From Clostridia bacterium (GTDB taxonomy: Bacteria > Bacillota > Clostridia > Christensenellales > QALW01), in the NCBI GenBank assembly GCA_045537705.1, contig JAZSPY010000117.1, positions 1 through 62,151 of the forward strand: DNA of 62,151 nucleotides, written 5' to 3'. Under the pieces are notes generated by a model. The model worked only from the letters and a program-made list of their open reading frames with translations, was not told the DNA's origin and ran no database searches. Position numbers and translations under genes: made by a program. This document shows, in pieces, positions 46,066 to 54,912 of the stretch; position 1 is the stretch's first letter, and every line of letters starts with the position of its first letter.

Positions 46066-48887
46066 ACGATAAAATAATAATAAAAGGTGCAAAAACCCAC
46101 AATTTAAAAAACGTAAGCCTTGAAATCCCCAGAAACAAGCTTGTTGTGTTCACAGGGCTTTCAGGTTCAGGTAAAAGTTCATTGGCTTTTGATACTTTGT
46201 ATGCTGAAGGTCAGCGCAGATACGTTGAAAGCCTTTCTTCCTACGCCCGTCAATTTTTAGGGCAGATGGAAAAACCGGACGTTGAAAGTATTGAAGGGCT
46301 TTCCCCTGCAATCAGTATTGACCAAAAAACTACCAACAATAACCCCCGTTCAACTGTTGGCACCGTTACTGAAATCCACGATTATCTCCGTCTTTTATAT
46401 GCACGAATCGGCAAAGCACATTGTCCTAAATGTTTTAAAGAAATCAATCGCCAAAGTGTTGATCAAATGGTTGATGCGGTGTTTAAAATGCCTGAAGGCA
46501 CAAAGATTTTAGTGCTTGCCCCTGTTATTCGCGGCAAAAAAGGCGAACACGTTAAGATTTTTGAAGATGCCCTTAAAAACGGATATATCCGTGCAAAAAT
46601 TGACGGCGAAGTTACGGAAATATCTGACGATATTCGTTTAGAAAAAAAGATTAAACACAATATTTCCGTTGTGGTTGACCGTTTAATTGTAAGGGAAGAT
46701 ATCCGTTCACGCCTTACCGATTCCATAGAAAGCGCGTTAAAACTTGCAAACGGTTTAATGATAATTGACCGCTTAGATAAAAACGAAGAAACTCTTTTTA
46801 GCGAAAACTACGCTTGCCCTGATTGTAATATCAGCATTGAAGCGTTAGAGCCAAGGCTGTTTTCGTTTAACTCACCCTTTGGCGCATGCCCTGAATGTAC
46901 CGGCCTTGGGGCAACTATGCGCGTTGCACCACACTTAATTATTCACGATGAAAACCTTTCAATAAACCAAGGCGCCATTAAGGTTTCGGGCTGGTTTATT
47001 ACAGGCACCGACACAATGAACCATATGTATTATCAAGGGCTTTCAAAGCATTACGGATTTTCTTTGGATATTCCTTTTAAAGATCTTGATAAAAAATATA
47101 AAGATATTATCCTTTACGGAACAGGCGGTGAAGAAGTTGAATTTAACATTACAACAAGCCGCCACTCACGCCGTTTTAAACAGGCCTTTGAAGGTATTGT
47201 TCCGCAGCTCGCAAGGCGTTTTCGTGATACACAAAGCGACGGTGTTAAAAGAGATCTTGCCCAGTATATGACGCAAAGTGTTTGTGAAGCTTGCAACGGC
47301 AAACGCTACCGCCCTGAAGCTTTGGCGGTTACGGTGAACGGTAAAAATATTCACGAAATTTCTGAACTTTCCATAAAAGATGCCCGTAAATTTTTACAAA
47401 CTCTTACTTTAAGCAAAAAAGATGAAATGATTGCTTCACGTATTTTAAAAGAAATCAATACCCGTTTGGAGTTTTTAGAAAACGTTGGGCTTGATTACCT
47501 TACCCTTTCTCGTAGCGCTTCCACGCTTTCAGGTGGCGAAGCACAGCGTATCCGCCTTGCAACACAAATTGGTGCAGGGCTTATGGGTGTTTTATATATT
47601 TTAGATGAGCCAAGCATCGGCTTACACCAAAGGGATAACGAAAAACTGCTTAATTCCTTAAAAGGATTAAGGGATCTTGGCAACACCTTAATCGTTGTTG
47701 AACACGATGAAGATACTATCCGCCAGGCAGATTTTATTGTGGATATCGGAAAAGAAGCAGGGGAAAAAGGCGGTAATATCGTTTGTACAGGCACTCCCGA
47801 AGAAATTATGGCTTGCCCCGATTCAATAACAGGCGCATATCTTTCAAAAAAAGAAAAAATTCCCGTTCCTTCAAAAAGGCTTACTCCAACAGGCTTTATC
47901 ACCGTTAAAAATGCCTACGCAAATAACTTAAAAAATATTGACGTTGAGTTTCCTTTAGGTGTTCTTTGCGCAGTAACTGGTGTTTCGGGCTCAGGCAAAA
48001 GTTCCCTTGTTAATCAGGTTTTATACACCACTTTAGCCAAAAAACTTAATCGTGCCCACTTCCCTGATGCCAAGTGTGATGACGTTTTAGGGCTAGAACA
48101 ACTTGATAAAGTTATCGTTATTGACCAAAGCCCCATAGGGCGAACGCCCCGTTCAAATCCTGCCACCTATACAGGTGTTTTTGACCATATCCGTTCTCTT
48201 TTTGCACAAACTCAGGATGCAAAAATGCGCGGTTACAACAGCGGAAGATTTTCCTTTAACGTTAAGGGTGGAAGATGTGAAGCCTGCCAGGGCGACGGCA
48301 TCATAAAGATTGCAATGCACTTTATGCCCGATATTTACGTTCCTTGTGAAGTTTGTAACGGTCAAAGATATTCAAAGGAAACTCTTGAAGTTCGCTATAA
48401 AGGCAAAAACATCTATGACGTTTTAAACATGACCGTTGAAGAAGCCTTAGGCTTTTTTGAAAATCTGCCACAGATTCAAAGAAAAATCCAGCTTTTGTAT
48501 GATGTTGGTTTAGGCTATATTAAGTTAGGTCAGCCTTCCACAATGCTTTCAGGTGGCGAAGCCCAAAGGGTTAAGCTTGCAACGGAACTTTCTAAGCGCC
48601 CAACAGGTAAAACCATTTATATTTTAGATGAACCTACAACAGGGCTTCACACCCATGACGTTAAGCAACTTATCGGCATTTTAGACCGCTTGAAAAAAGG
48701 CGGAAATTCAGTTATTGTAATTGAGCATAATCTTGATGTTATTAAGGTTGCCGATTATATTATTGATATGGGTCCTGAAGGTGGCGATATGGGTGGCACC
48801 GTTATTGCAAAGGGCACCCCTGAAGAAGTTGCAAAAAACAAAAAGAGCCACACAGGCAGGTTTATAAGAAAGGTATTAACACAATGA
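46062..48887 (+). CDS. uvrA: Excinuclease ABC subunit A
   Basis: Two ABC modules ([24 protein letters not shown]), zinc fingers (CPDC...CPEC, CEAC...CEVC) and LSGGEAQR twice. ATGA overlap with uvrB. Confidence 0.97.
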   Translation: MNDKIIIKGAKTHNLKNVSLEIPRNKLVVFTGLSGSGKSSLAFDTLYAEGQRRYVESLSSYARQFLGQMEKPDVESIEGLSPAISIDQKTTNNNPRSTVGTVTEIHDYLRLLYARIGKAHCPKCFKEINRQSVDQMVDAVFKMPEGTKILVLAPVIRGKKGEHVKIFEDALKNGYIRAKIDGEVTEISDDIRLEKKIKHNISVVVDRLIVREDIRSRLTDSIESALKLANGLMIIDRLDKNEETLFSENYACPDCNISIEALEPRLFSFNSPFGACPECTGLGATMRVAPHLIIHDENLSINQGAIKVSGWFITGTDTMNHMYYQGLSKHYGFSLDIPFKDLDKKYKDIILYGTGGEEVEFNITTSRHSRRFKQAFEGIVPQLARRFRDTQSDGVKRDLAQYMTQSVCEACNGKRYRPEALAVTVNGKNIHEISELSIKDARKFLQTLTLSKKDEMIASRILKEINTRLEFLENVGLDYLTLSRSASTLSGGEAQRIRLATQIGAGLMGVLYILDEPSIGLHQRDNEKLLNSLKGLRDLGNTLIVVEHDEDTIRQADFIVDIGKEAGEKGGNIVCTGTPEEIMACPDSITGAYLSKKEKIPVPSKRLTPTGFITVKNAYANNLKNIDVEFPLGVLCAVTGVSGSGKSSLVNQVLYTTLAKKLNRAHFPDAKCDDVLGLEQLDKVIVIDQSPIGRTPRSNPATYTGVFDHIRSLFAQTQDAKMRGYNSGRFSFNVKGGRCEACQGDGIIKIAMHFMPDIYVPCEVCNGQRYSKETLEVRYKGKNIYDVLNMTVEEALGFFENLPQIQRKIQLLYDVGLGYIKLGQPSTMLSGGEAQRVKLATELSKRPTGKTIYILDEPTTGLHTHDVKQLIGILDRLKKGGNSVIVIEHNLDVIKVADYIIDMGPEGGDMGGTVIAKGTPEEVAKNKKSHTGRFIRKVLTQ

Positions 48888-49534
48888 AAACTCGGTTTAT
48901 ATTAGTGCGCCACGGTGAAAGCCAGGCAAATTTAGAAAACCGTTTTGCAGGGCAGATAGATATTCCCTTAACTAAAACGGGCAAAAAACAGGCTGAATGT
49001 ACAGGAGAATATCTTAAAAACGAAAAAATAGACGTTTTTTATTCAAGCCAGTTATCCCGCGCCCATGAAACTGCCTGCGCAGTTGCAAAGCATCATAATC
49101 TTCCCGTAACAAAACTTAAGGGGTTAAACGAAATAAACGGGGGAGAATGGGAAAACAAAACTTATCCCCAGATTGCAGCAACGTTCCCCGAAAACTATAA
49201 AACCTGGAACACAATAATCGGATTAACCCAATGTAACGGTGGTGAAAACGTTTTAGAAGTTCAAAAACGTGTTTATGCTACCATTAAAGAAATAGCCGAA
49301 AAAAACCCGGGTAAAACGGTATTTATCGGTTTTCACGGTATGGCATTAAGGGCATTTATTTGTAAAGTTTTAAATGTTTCCTTAACCAAGATGCATTCTG
49401 ATTCTTGCTGGGCATCAAATGCTTCTGTTACATACGTTGATTACGAAAACGGTAAATTCACCTTAATTGAACACAGTTTTGATAAGCATCTTGAAGATGG
49501 TGGTCTGCGCACCACGTTAAAATTAAAGGCATAA
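48884..49534 (+). CDS. Histidine phosphatase family protein (phosphoglycerate mutase-like)
   Basis: The RHG motif (LVRHGES.AN) and a distal FHG (GFHGMALRA) histidine. ATGA overlap with uvrA. Confidence 0.85.
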   Translation: MKTRFILVRHGESQANLENRFAGQIDIPLTKTGKKQAECTGEYLKNEKIDVFYSSQLSRAHETACAVAKHHNLPVTKLKGLNEINGGEWENKTYPQIAATFPENYKTWNTIIGLTQCNGGENVLEVQKRVYATIKEIAEKNPGKTVFIGFHGMALRAFICKVLNVSLTKMHSDSCWASNASVTYVDYENGKFTLIEHSFDKHLEDGGLRTTLKLKA

Positions 49535-49566
49535 AAAAACGAGAACAAAGCGTTCTCGTTTTTTCT
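49533..49566. terminator. Bidirectional terminator (histidine phosphatase gene / barstar-like gene)
   Basis: A7, then ACGAGAAC-AAAGC-GTTCTCGT, then T6. Confidence 0.7.
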
Positions 49567-49570
49567 TTAT

Positions 49571-49855
49571 TTAGTTTATAATCTCATAATCAAACGAACG
49601 TTCGTCTTTTTCGCAGAGTTTTTTGTTTCTTTCTAATATCTCGTACATTTTTTCAAGCGAGTCCTTAATTTCATCAGGCAAACTGCTCTCGCCTTTAATA
49701 ATTACTTTGTTCGCATCGCAATCACTCCATAACAAATCCCCAAAAGCACTCCAATTCTTTCCATACCATTGTGGAAAATTAAAGGCATCTCTTATTCGTT
49801 GGTGTATCTCGGATAAATATTTGCACCCTGTTAAATCTAATTCAATTATTTTCAT
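49571..49855 (-). CDS. Barstar-like ribonuclease-inhibitor/immunity protein (orphan)
   Basis: 94 aa. IELDLTGCKYLSEIHQRIRDAFNFPQWYGKNWSAFGDLLW parallels the barstar core (..i.s..dlH..l...l.lPeyYGeNlDALwDcL). No barnase-like gene is adjacent. Confidence 0.65.
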   Translation of the reverse strand: MKIIELDLTGCKYLSEIHQRIRDAFNFPQWYGKNWSAFGDLLWSDCDANKVIIKGESSLPDEIKDSLEKMYEILERNKKLCEKDERSFDYEIIN

Positions 49856-49928
49856 TTTTTTCTCCTTAAATGATATACTGAAATTATAGCATTTTTAAAC
49901 ATAAAGGCGCAACTATTTTCTATCAATA

Positions 49929-50399
49929 TTAAAGAGTTCCTGTTTCTAATTCATATAGATTTATGACTCTTTTTTTCTTTTTTCTTGCATATTCTACTGC
50001 CGTATATGCGCCACCAAAGGAATGTTCCACGTACGCAATTATAAGATTCGCCTGTTCTACCATCCACTCGTTTCGTCTAGGAATAGCATATTTAGGCGGT
50101 ACTTTTTCTAGCGGTGGAAAAATAACAGAATCATAGGTCTTTATGTCAATATAATGTTTGATTTTTTGTTGGTGAGTCTCTGTCATATATGGTGTAATAT
50201 ATACAATCTCGCAGTTGGGAATCTTTTTTGTTATTGCTCTGCAAACACTTGCGCACATCATATCAAAATTACCGTAACCACCACAATAAAAAAACACCTT
50301 TTCTTTATAATCTATGTTTTTCAAAATTGCGTTTTCTATCTGCGTAGCCAGATCATAGCAACCCCTTATCGTTTTGTGTCCAAAGAACGAAATTATCAT
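49929..50399 (-). CDS. SLOG-fold protein, DUF1273/YpsA-like
   Basis: 156 aa. FFGHK at the N-terminus, then the Rossmann-like stretch YCGGYGNFDMMCASV......P.CEIVYITPY, then GGAYTAVEYA. The pattern parallels B. subtilis YpsA (ITGYK...ISGQLG.E.WAAE...DLKVAVITPF). Confidence 0.6.
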   Translation of the reverse strand: MIISFFGHKTIRGCYDLATQIENAILKNIDYKEKVFFYCGGYGNFDMMCASVCRAITKKIPNCEIVYITPYMTETHQQKIKHYIDIKTYDSVIFPPLEKVPPKYAIPRRNEWMVEQANLIIAYVEHSFGGAYTAVEYARKKKKRVINLYELETGTL

Positions 50400-50412
50400 A
50401 TTAGTCTCCTAT

Positions 50413-50426
50413 CGTGGAATCCCGAT
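50413..50426. promoter_or_regulatory. Operator-like site 1 (CGTGGAATCCCGAT)
   Basis: Shares the GTGGAAYYCC core with sites 2 and 3. It lies between the -10 of the SLOG promoter and the SLOG RBS. Confidence 0.5.
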
Positions 50427-50432
50427 ATTGTA

Positions 50433-50461
50433 ATTATATGTAATTGTTTTGTTTTTGTCAA
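50433..50461 (-). promoter_or_regulatory. Perfect-consensus sigma-A promoter driving the SLOG(-barstar) genes
   Basis: On the minus strand, TTGACA (50461-50456), an exactly 17-nt spacer, then TATAAT (50438-50433). Confidence 0.6.
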
Positions 50462-50464
50462 TAT

Positions 50465-50478
50465 CGTGGAATTCCACG
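50465..50478. promoter_or_regulatory. Operator-like site 2, perfect 14-bp palindrome CGTGGAATTCCACG
   Basis: A perfect inverted repeat abutting the -35 of the SLOG promoter. Confidence 0.55.
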
Positions 50479-50509
50479 AGAGAAAATATCGTTTTCTTCA
50501 TATAATAAT

Positions 50510-50523
50510 TGTGGAACTCCGAT
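50510..50523. promoter_or_regulatory. Operator-like site 3 (TGTGGAACTCCGAT)
   Basis: Lies immediately downstream of a TATAAT (50501-50506) in front of the XRE gene, which is consistent with autoregulation. Confidence 0.5.
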
Positions 50524-50546
50524 AATTTTCTTTCAGGAGCATAGTT

Positions 50547-50780
50547 ATGAAATTAAACGAAGCCATTCTTTTAAGAATTCAAGAAATCGTTAAGGAAAAA
50601 GATATAAATGTTTGTGATGCTTCGCTTAAAGGCGGAATGTCGCCATCTGCTATTTACGACCTTTTTAAAGGAAGAACCAAATGCCCCAAAGTTATTACAG
50701 TTAAGCGTTTTTGTGAAGGCGCAGAAATTACCTTAAAAGAATTTTTTGATAGGGATTATTTTAATGATATTGAAGATTAA
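50547..50780 (+). CDS. XRE-family HTH transcriptional regulator
   Basis: 77 aa. An HTH-like segment (DASLKGGMSPSAIYDLFKGR), then ...ITVKRFCEGAEITLKEFF, typical of Cro/C1-like proteins. AGGAG RBS. Divergent from the SLOG gene. Confidence 0.7.
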   Translation: MKLNEAILLRIQEIVKEKDINVCDASLKGGMSPSAIYDLFKGRTKCPKVITVKRFCEGAEITLKEFFDRDYFNDIED

Positions 50781-50806
50781 AACCTTGGCTAAAACCAAGG
50801 TTTTTC
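50779..50806 (+). terminator. Intrinsic terminator after XRE gene
   Basis: Stem AACCTTGG-CTAAAA-CCAAGGTT followed by TTT. Confidence 0.65.
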
Positions 50807-50986
50807 CTTTCCAAATATCGTACTGAAATTTTTATTATTATCAACATATTGTGGAATTTTTTGAAAATTGTTAAAAATTTTTCAACAAATTCCATTATTT
50901 TTTTCTAATAATACTTGATATTTTAAATCATATATGTTATTATGTATGTGTATATTTTTAAATAACTTTTTCGGAGGTTTTATATT

Positions 50987-52084
50987 ATGGCAGTTTCCAA
51001 TAAATATGCGCGCAGAAGAAGAAATGCATTACTTGCCGCAGTAGTAATGGCATTGATTATCATTCTTATTGTAGTTATTATAATTTCAGCCGCATCAGGC
51101 AGGGGCAAAAAACCACCTGCAGTTACACCTACACCCACACCTACCTTTGCAGGTATTTTGTTACCAACACTTGAACCTACCCTTGATCCCGGGCTTTCAC
51201 CTGTTGGCACAGGCGATGAAACACTTGTTTCACCTACACCAACACCTACACCTGACGCAAGCGCAGGCATTATTATGTACGTTACAGGCGATACCGTTAA
51301 CGTTCGTAAAGAAGCAGATGCAAGTTCAGAAAAGATTACGGCACTTGCAAAAGGCACAACCGTAACTGCTTATGAAGAAACAAACGGTTTCTATGAAGTT
51401 AAACTTTCTGATGGTAAAACAGGTTATATTTCCAGCAAATATTTATCCCAGGAAGATCCTAAAACTGTTACCAGCACACCTATTCCTTCACCAACAGCAA
51501 CACCTGATACAACAAACGGCACCAAGATGTTCGTTATTGGCGATGGCGTTAATGTTCGTAAAGGCAACTCAACTTCATCAGATAAAGTTGCTCAGCTTGT
51601 AAAAGGCAAGGAAGTTACCGCTTATGCAAAGGTTGGCGATTGGACTTATATCCAGTACGGCACAAACAAGTACGGTTATATTTCAACAAAATTCCTTTCA
51701 GATAAGGCTCCTGCAACAGCAACACCTGCACCTACCCTTACAATTAAGCCTTCTGCTTCATCAACAACTAAGCCTTCTGCAACTGCAACCTTAATTCCCT
51801 CTACAACAGCAACACCTACACCGGCAACAAACCCCGGATACACATCTTTTGTACAACTTGGTGTTGCAGAAAAAATAGCACAGAGGGTTGACGGATATAC
51901 CGAATATCTTTCAAAAACAGCAGGTAGCAGAGGCGAAAATTACAACGGTAATTCTGCGCCTGATAAAATCAGTTATTATTCCTTTGGCACAACTGATGGT
52001 GGTGTATATTACATAACATATACCGGAACATATGATGCTCCTGAAAACGTTAATATTACAGAAACAAAACCCACTTACAACTAA
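50987..52084 (+). CDS. Membrane-anchored protein with two bacterial SH3 (SH3_3) domains and Pro/Thr-rich linkers
   Basis: An N-terminal Arg-rich region plus a TM. TPTPTPT linkers. Two repeats of the pattern V.GD.VNVRK......S.K...L.KG..VTAY.......Y........GYIS.K(Y/F)L. Confidence 0.8.
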   Translation: MAVSNKYARRRRNALLAAVVMALIIILIVVIIISAASGRGKKPPAVTPTPTPTFAGILLPTLEPTLDPGLSPVGTGDETLVSPTPTPTPDASAGIIMYVTGDTVNVRKEADASSEKITALAKGTTVTAYEETNGFYEVKLSDGKTGYISSKYLSQEDPKTVTSTPIPSPTATPDTTNGTKMFVIGDGVNVRKGNSTSSDKVAQLVKGKEVTAYAKVGDWTYIQYGTNKYGYISTKFLSDKAPATATPAPTLTIKPSASSTTKPSATATLIPSTTATPTPATNPGYTSFVQLGVAEKIAQRVDGYTEYLSKTAGSRGENYNGNSAPDKISYYSFGTTDGGVYYITYTGTYDAPENVNITETKPTYN

Positions 52085-52090
52085 AAATTT

Positions 52091-52120
52091 AAAGAGATGC
52101 TAAAAAGCATCTCTTTTTTA
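52091..52120 (+). terminator. Intrinsic terminator after SH3 gene
   Basis: A 10-bp stem AAAGAGATGC-TAAAAA-GCATCTCTTT followed by TTTT. Confidence 0.7.
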
Positions 52121-52123
52121 TTT

Positions 52124-52156
52124 AAACAAAAAGCACCCGATTGGGTGCTTTTTTTA
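52124..52156 (-). terminator. Intrinsic terminator after comM
   Basis: Stem AAGCACCC-GATT-GGGTGCTT, with a preceding A-rich run that gives a U-run on the minus strand. Confidence 0.65.
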
Positions 52157-53683
52157 CTGCCAGTATTTTCTATCTAAATTTCTAAAACTTATTGCAAGGG
52201 TAATATCACGTGATGAGATATTTTCCTGCTTATTAAGATCTGCGATGGTACGTGCAACCTTTAACACACGATTGTATCCTCTTGCTGACATTTTAAGGTT
52301 TTTAAATGCAATCTCAAGTAAATTCTGAGATTGTTTATCTAACGCGCAATATTTTTTAATCATTTCATCATTCATTTGCGCATTACAGTGAATATCTGTG
52401 CCCTTAAAGCGTTCCCTTTGGATATTACGTGCTTCTTCAACCCTTTTTCTTATACTGTTTGAATCTTCCTGCAATTCAATTTCAGTTAAATCTTCATAAG
52501 TAACTGCATCAACTTCCACCTGAAGATCAATTCTATCTAAAAGGGGTCCTGAAATCTTTGAAAGATACTTTTGTATCTGCCCCTGTGAACATGTGCATCT
52601 GTTTACCTTTGAACCGTAATTACCGCAAGGGCAAGGGTTCATTGATGCAACAAGCATAAAGTTTGCAGGGTATTTGGCGCTTTGCTGAACACGTGAAACG
52701 GTAATAATACCATCTTCTAACGGTTGCCTTAAAGCTTCTAAAGCGTTGCGGTTATATTCAGGCAACTCATCTAAAAACAAAACTCCGTTATGAGCAAGAG
52801 AAACCTCGCCCGGTTTTGCTTTGTTTCCGCCACCGGAAAGCGCCACCATAGAAGTTGTGTGATGAGGTGCGCGGAACGGTCTTGAAGTTATGATTTCACC
52901 ATTTTCCAAGGTTCCTGCAACAGAGTGAATCTTTGTGCTTTCCAAAGCTTCTTCAAAAGTAATGGTTGGCAAAATTGTAGGAATTGCCTTTGCAATCATT
53001 GTTTTACCTGCGCCCGGGGGACCGATCAAAATAAGATTATGCCCGCCTGCCGCGCTGATTTCTGCCGCAAGGCGCGCTGTTTTTTGCCCTTTGATAAACT
53101 TAAAATCTGTGCCTTGTGGGTTAGTTTTTATAAAATCATCAAAATTTTTATGTTCTGCTATATTTAAGGCTACTTCCTTTCTGAAATACCTTGCAAGTTC
53201 CTGTAAGTTTTTAGGTATGTAAGAAGTTATGCCCGTTATAAAACTTGCTTCTTTTTGATTTTCAGGTGAAATATAACAGGTGGTGATATTTTCTTTTAAG
53301 GCAGAAATAAGCATTGGCGTTAAACCACGAACGCCTTTGATTTCGCCGCTTAAAGAAAGTTCACCTAAGAATGCGCCCTCTTGCACCGTTTCAGGATCAA
53401 GTTGTTCCGTTGCAGTTAAAATGCCGATGGCAATAGGTAAATCATAAAGGGGGCCTTCTTTTTTAACGTCAGCAGGGGCAAGATTTACAGTAATTCTGCC
53501 TAAAGGAAACTGAAACCCTGAATTTTTAATTGCAAGGCGAACTCTTTCCTTTGATTCTTTTACCGCAGCATCAGGTAATCCTACGATTTCAAAAGAAGGC
53601 AGCCCGTTTGTAACATCACATTCAACAGTAACGGGAAATCCATCTATCCCTAAAATTCCTAAACTTTTAATCCTGGCTAACAT
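52154..53683 (-). CDS. comM: YifB/ComM family Mg-chelatase-like AAA+ ATPase
   Basis: An N-terminal Lon-protease-like domain (LPDAAVKESKERV), Walker A GPPGAGKTM, Walker B LFLDELPE and a C-terminal RGY.RVLKVARTIADL. Confidence 0.92.
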   Translation of the reverse strand: MLARIKSLGILGIDGFPVTVECDVTNGLPSFEIVGLPDAAVKESKERVRLAIKNSGFQFPLGRITVNLAPADVKKEGPLYDLPIAIGILTATEQLDPETVQEGAFLGELSLSGEIKGVRGLTPMLISALKENITTCYISPENQKEASFITGITSYIPKNLQELARYFRKEVALNIAEHKNFDDFIKTNPQGTDFKFIKGQKTARLAAEISAAGGHNLILIGPPGAGKTMIAKAIPTILPTITFEEALESTKIHSVAGTLENGEIITSRPFRAPHHTTSMVALSGGGNKAKPGEVSLAHNGVLFLDELPEYNRNALEALRQPLEDGIITVSRVQQSAKYPANFMLVASMNPCPCGNYGSKVNRCTCSQGQIQKYLSKISGPLLDRIDLQVEVDAVTYEDLTEIELQEDSNSIRKRVEEARNIQRERFKGTDIHCNAQMNDEMIKKYCALDKQSQNLLEIAFKNLKMSARGYNRVLKVARTIADLNKQENISSRDITLAISFRNLDRKYWQ

Positions 53684-54758
53684 TTTGCACCGCCTTTGAT
53701 TTAACCATAAAAGCGTTAGGCAGATATCTGCCTGTATCCTTCATTGGTGTTGATGGTATATTTAAAACTTTTCCTTTAAACGATATAACGCTTGATGAAC
53801 CGCCATCACAGGCAGCGGCATTTACTGCACCGTAATCAAGCAGAATTTCTGCGCACTGAAGGTAGGTTGCGCCTGTTGAATGAAGCGCCCTGCCATCAAT
53901 AACAAGAAACATCATAACTCCGTTTTCAGCCTGAGCAATCAACGTTCTTGGTTGCAGGCCATAACCCCTGCCAAGCACGATTTTTCCGTTAGAAATAACG
54001 CAAGGGAAGAACTGCGCACCATCACGCACGTTATATTTTTCCCAGTTATCAAAATCGCCAACAAGCAATTTATGATCGTTGGTTATGCAGATTGATGAAT
54101 AGTTAGGCATATATGTGCCCCAACTTTCACCGTTGGAAAAGCAAAGCCCGTTAATATTGCCACCTTTACCGTGGCCTTCAGGATCCTGGAATCCGCTGGC
54201 GTTAATGCCTAAAACAGCGTTATCGTTATCTTCCATCATTTCCGAAATAACCTGTCCGTGAACGTCTCGTTTATTGGTGGTGCCTACAAAAACACGTGAA
54301 GGATCATCAATTAACGCTAAAAAGCCTTGAAATGATGGACCTTTAACTTCCACAATAACGATGCCTTCTTCAATATCGTTATATAACACCTTGTTGCCAA
54401 CGGAATCTTTTTCACCAACAGTAAGCTCCTTTTGGCCTAAAATATCAGGCACAGGTGTTGGGGTAGGGGCGGGGGTTTGATTGTTTGGGGTAACTGTTGG
54501 AAGGGCAATTTCTATTCTATCAGGGCGAACCTGTTTAGACATAACGTCATCCACAAGCCACAACGGAAAAAACTTTGTTGCAAGCCACTGATGTTCTTCG
54601 GTAGTCATAGCAGTTTCAATCCAAAGATCCCGTAAATTTGTAACACCGGGTATGTTAAGCCACACTACGCCCATATACATCGTAATTATTACGCATAAGG
54701 TAGTAACCAACGCAATCAAAATATTCAAAAGGCTTTTTAATCTGTTCTTTTTTGCCAT
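53667..54758 (-). CDS. Phosphodiester glycosidase family protein (DUF2233/NAGPA-like), membrane anchored
   Basis: The start is set at MAKKNRLKSL with a GAAGG RBS. One TM and a Pro/Thr linker. The C-terminal AAACDGGSSS motif is typical of DUF2233. Confidence 0.7.
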   Translation of the reverse strand: MAKKNRLKSLLNILIALVTTLCVIITMYMGVVWLNIPGVTNLRDLWIETAMTTEEHQWLATKFFPLWLVDDVMSKQVRPDRIEIALPTVTPNNQTPAPTPTPVPDILGQKELTVGEKDSVGNKVLYNDIEEGIVIVEVKGPSFQGFLALIDDPSRVFVGTTNKRDVHGQVISEMMEDNDNAVLGINASGFQDPEGHGKGGNINGLCFSNGESWGTYMPNYSSICITNDHKLLVGDFDNWEKYNVRDGAQFFPCVISNGKIVLGRGYGLQPRTLIAQAENGVMMFLVIDGRALHSTGATYLQCAEILLDYGAVNAAACDGGSSSVISFKGKVLNIPSTPMKDTGRYLPNAFMVKSKAVQNVSQD

Positions 54759-54912
54759 TTTTTGCCTTCCACAAACGAATTTCTTATATATTGCATATAT
54801 TATATCATACTTTTGTAAAATAAGAAAGATGTTTATTGCTGTAATAACTTTACTTTTTGTTAATTTTATGGTATTATAATCATGAATATTTATATATTTT
54901 TCGGAGGATTTT

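Noticed and set aside
49876-50830. Direct repeats TACTGAAATT (49876-49885 and 50821-50830; 14/18 identity when extended) flanking the SLOG and XRE genes, as possible att sites
   Set aside because: A 10-bp exact match in AT-rich DNA is within chance expectation. The repeats exclude the barstar-like gene, and no recombinase is present. They are noted only as a weak hint under the islet finding.
50980-51357. 125-aa minus-strand ORF, plus the +2-frame ORFs at 51147-51365 and 51372-51602, overlapping the SH3 gene
   Set aside because: These are artefacts of the low-complexity Pro/Thr-linker coding region. The SH3 frame has a GGAGG RBS, a TM anchor and two recognisable SH3b repeats.
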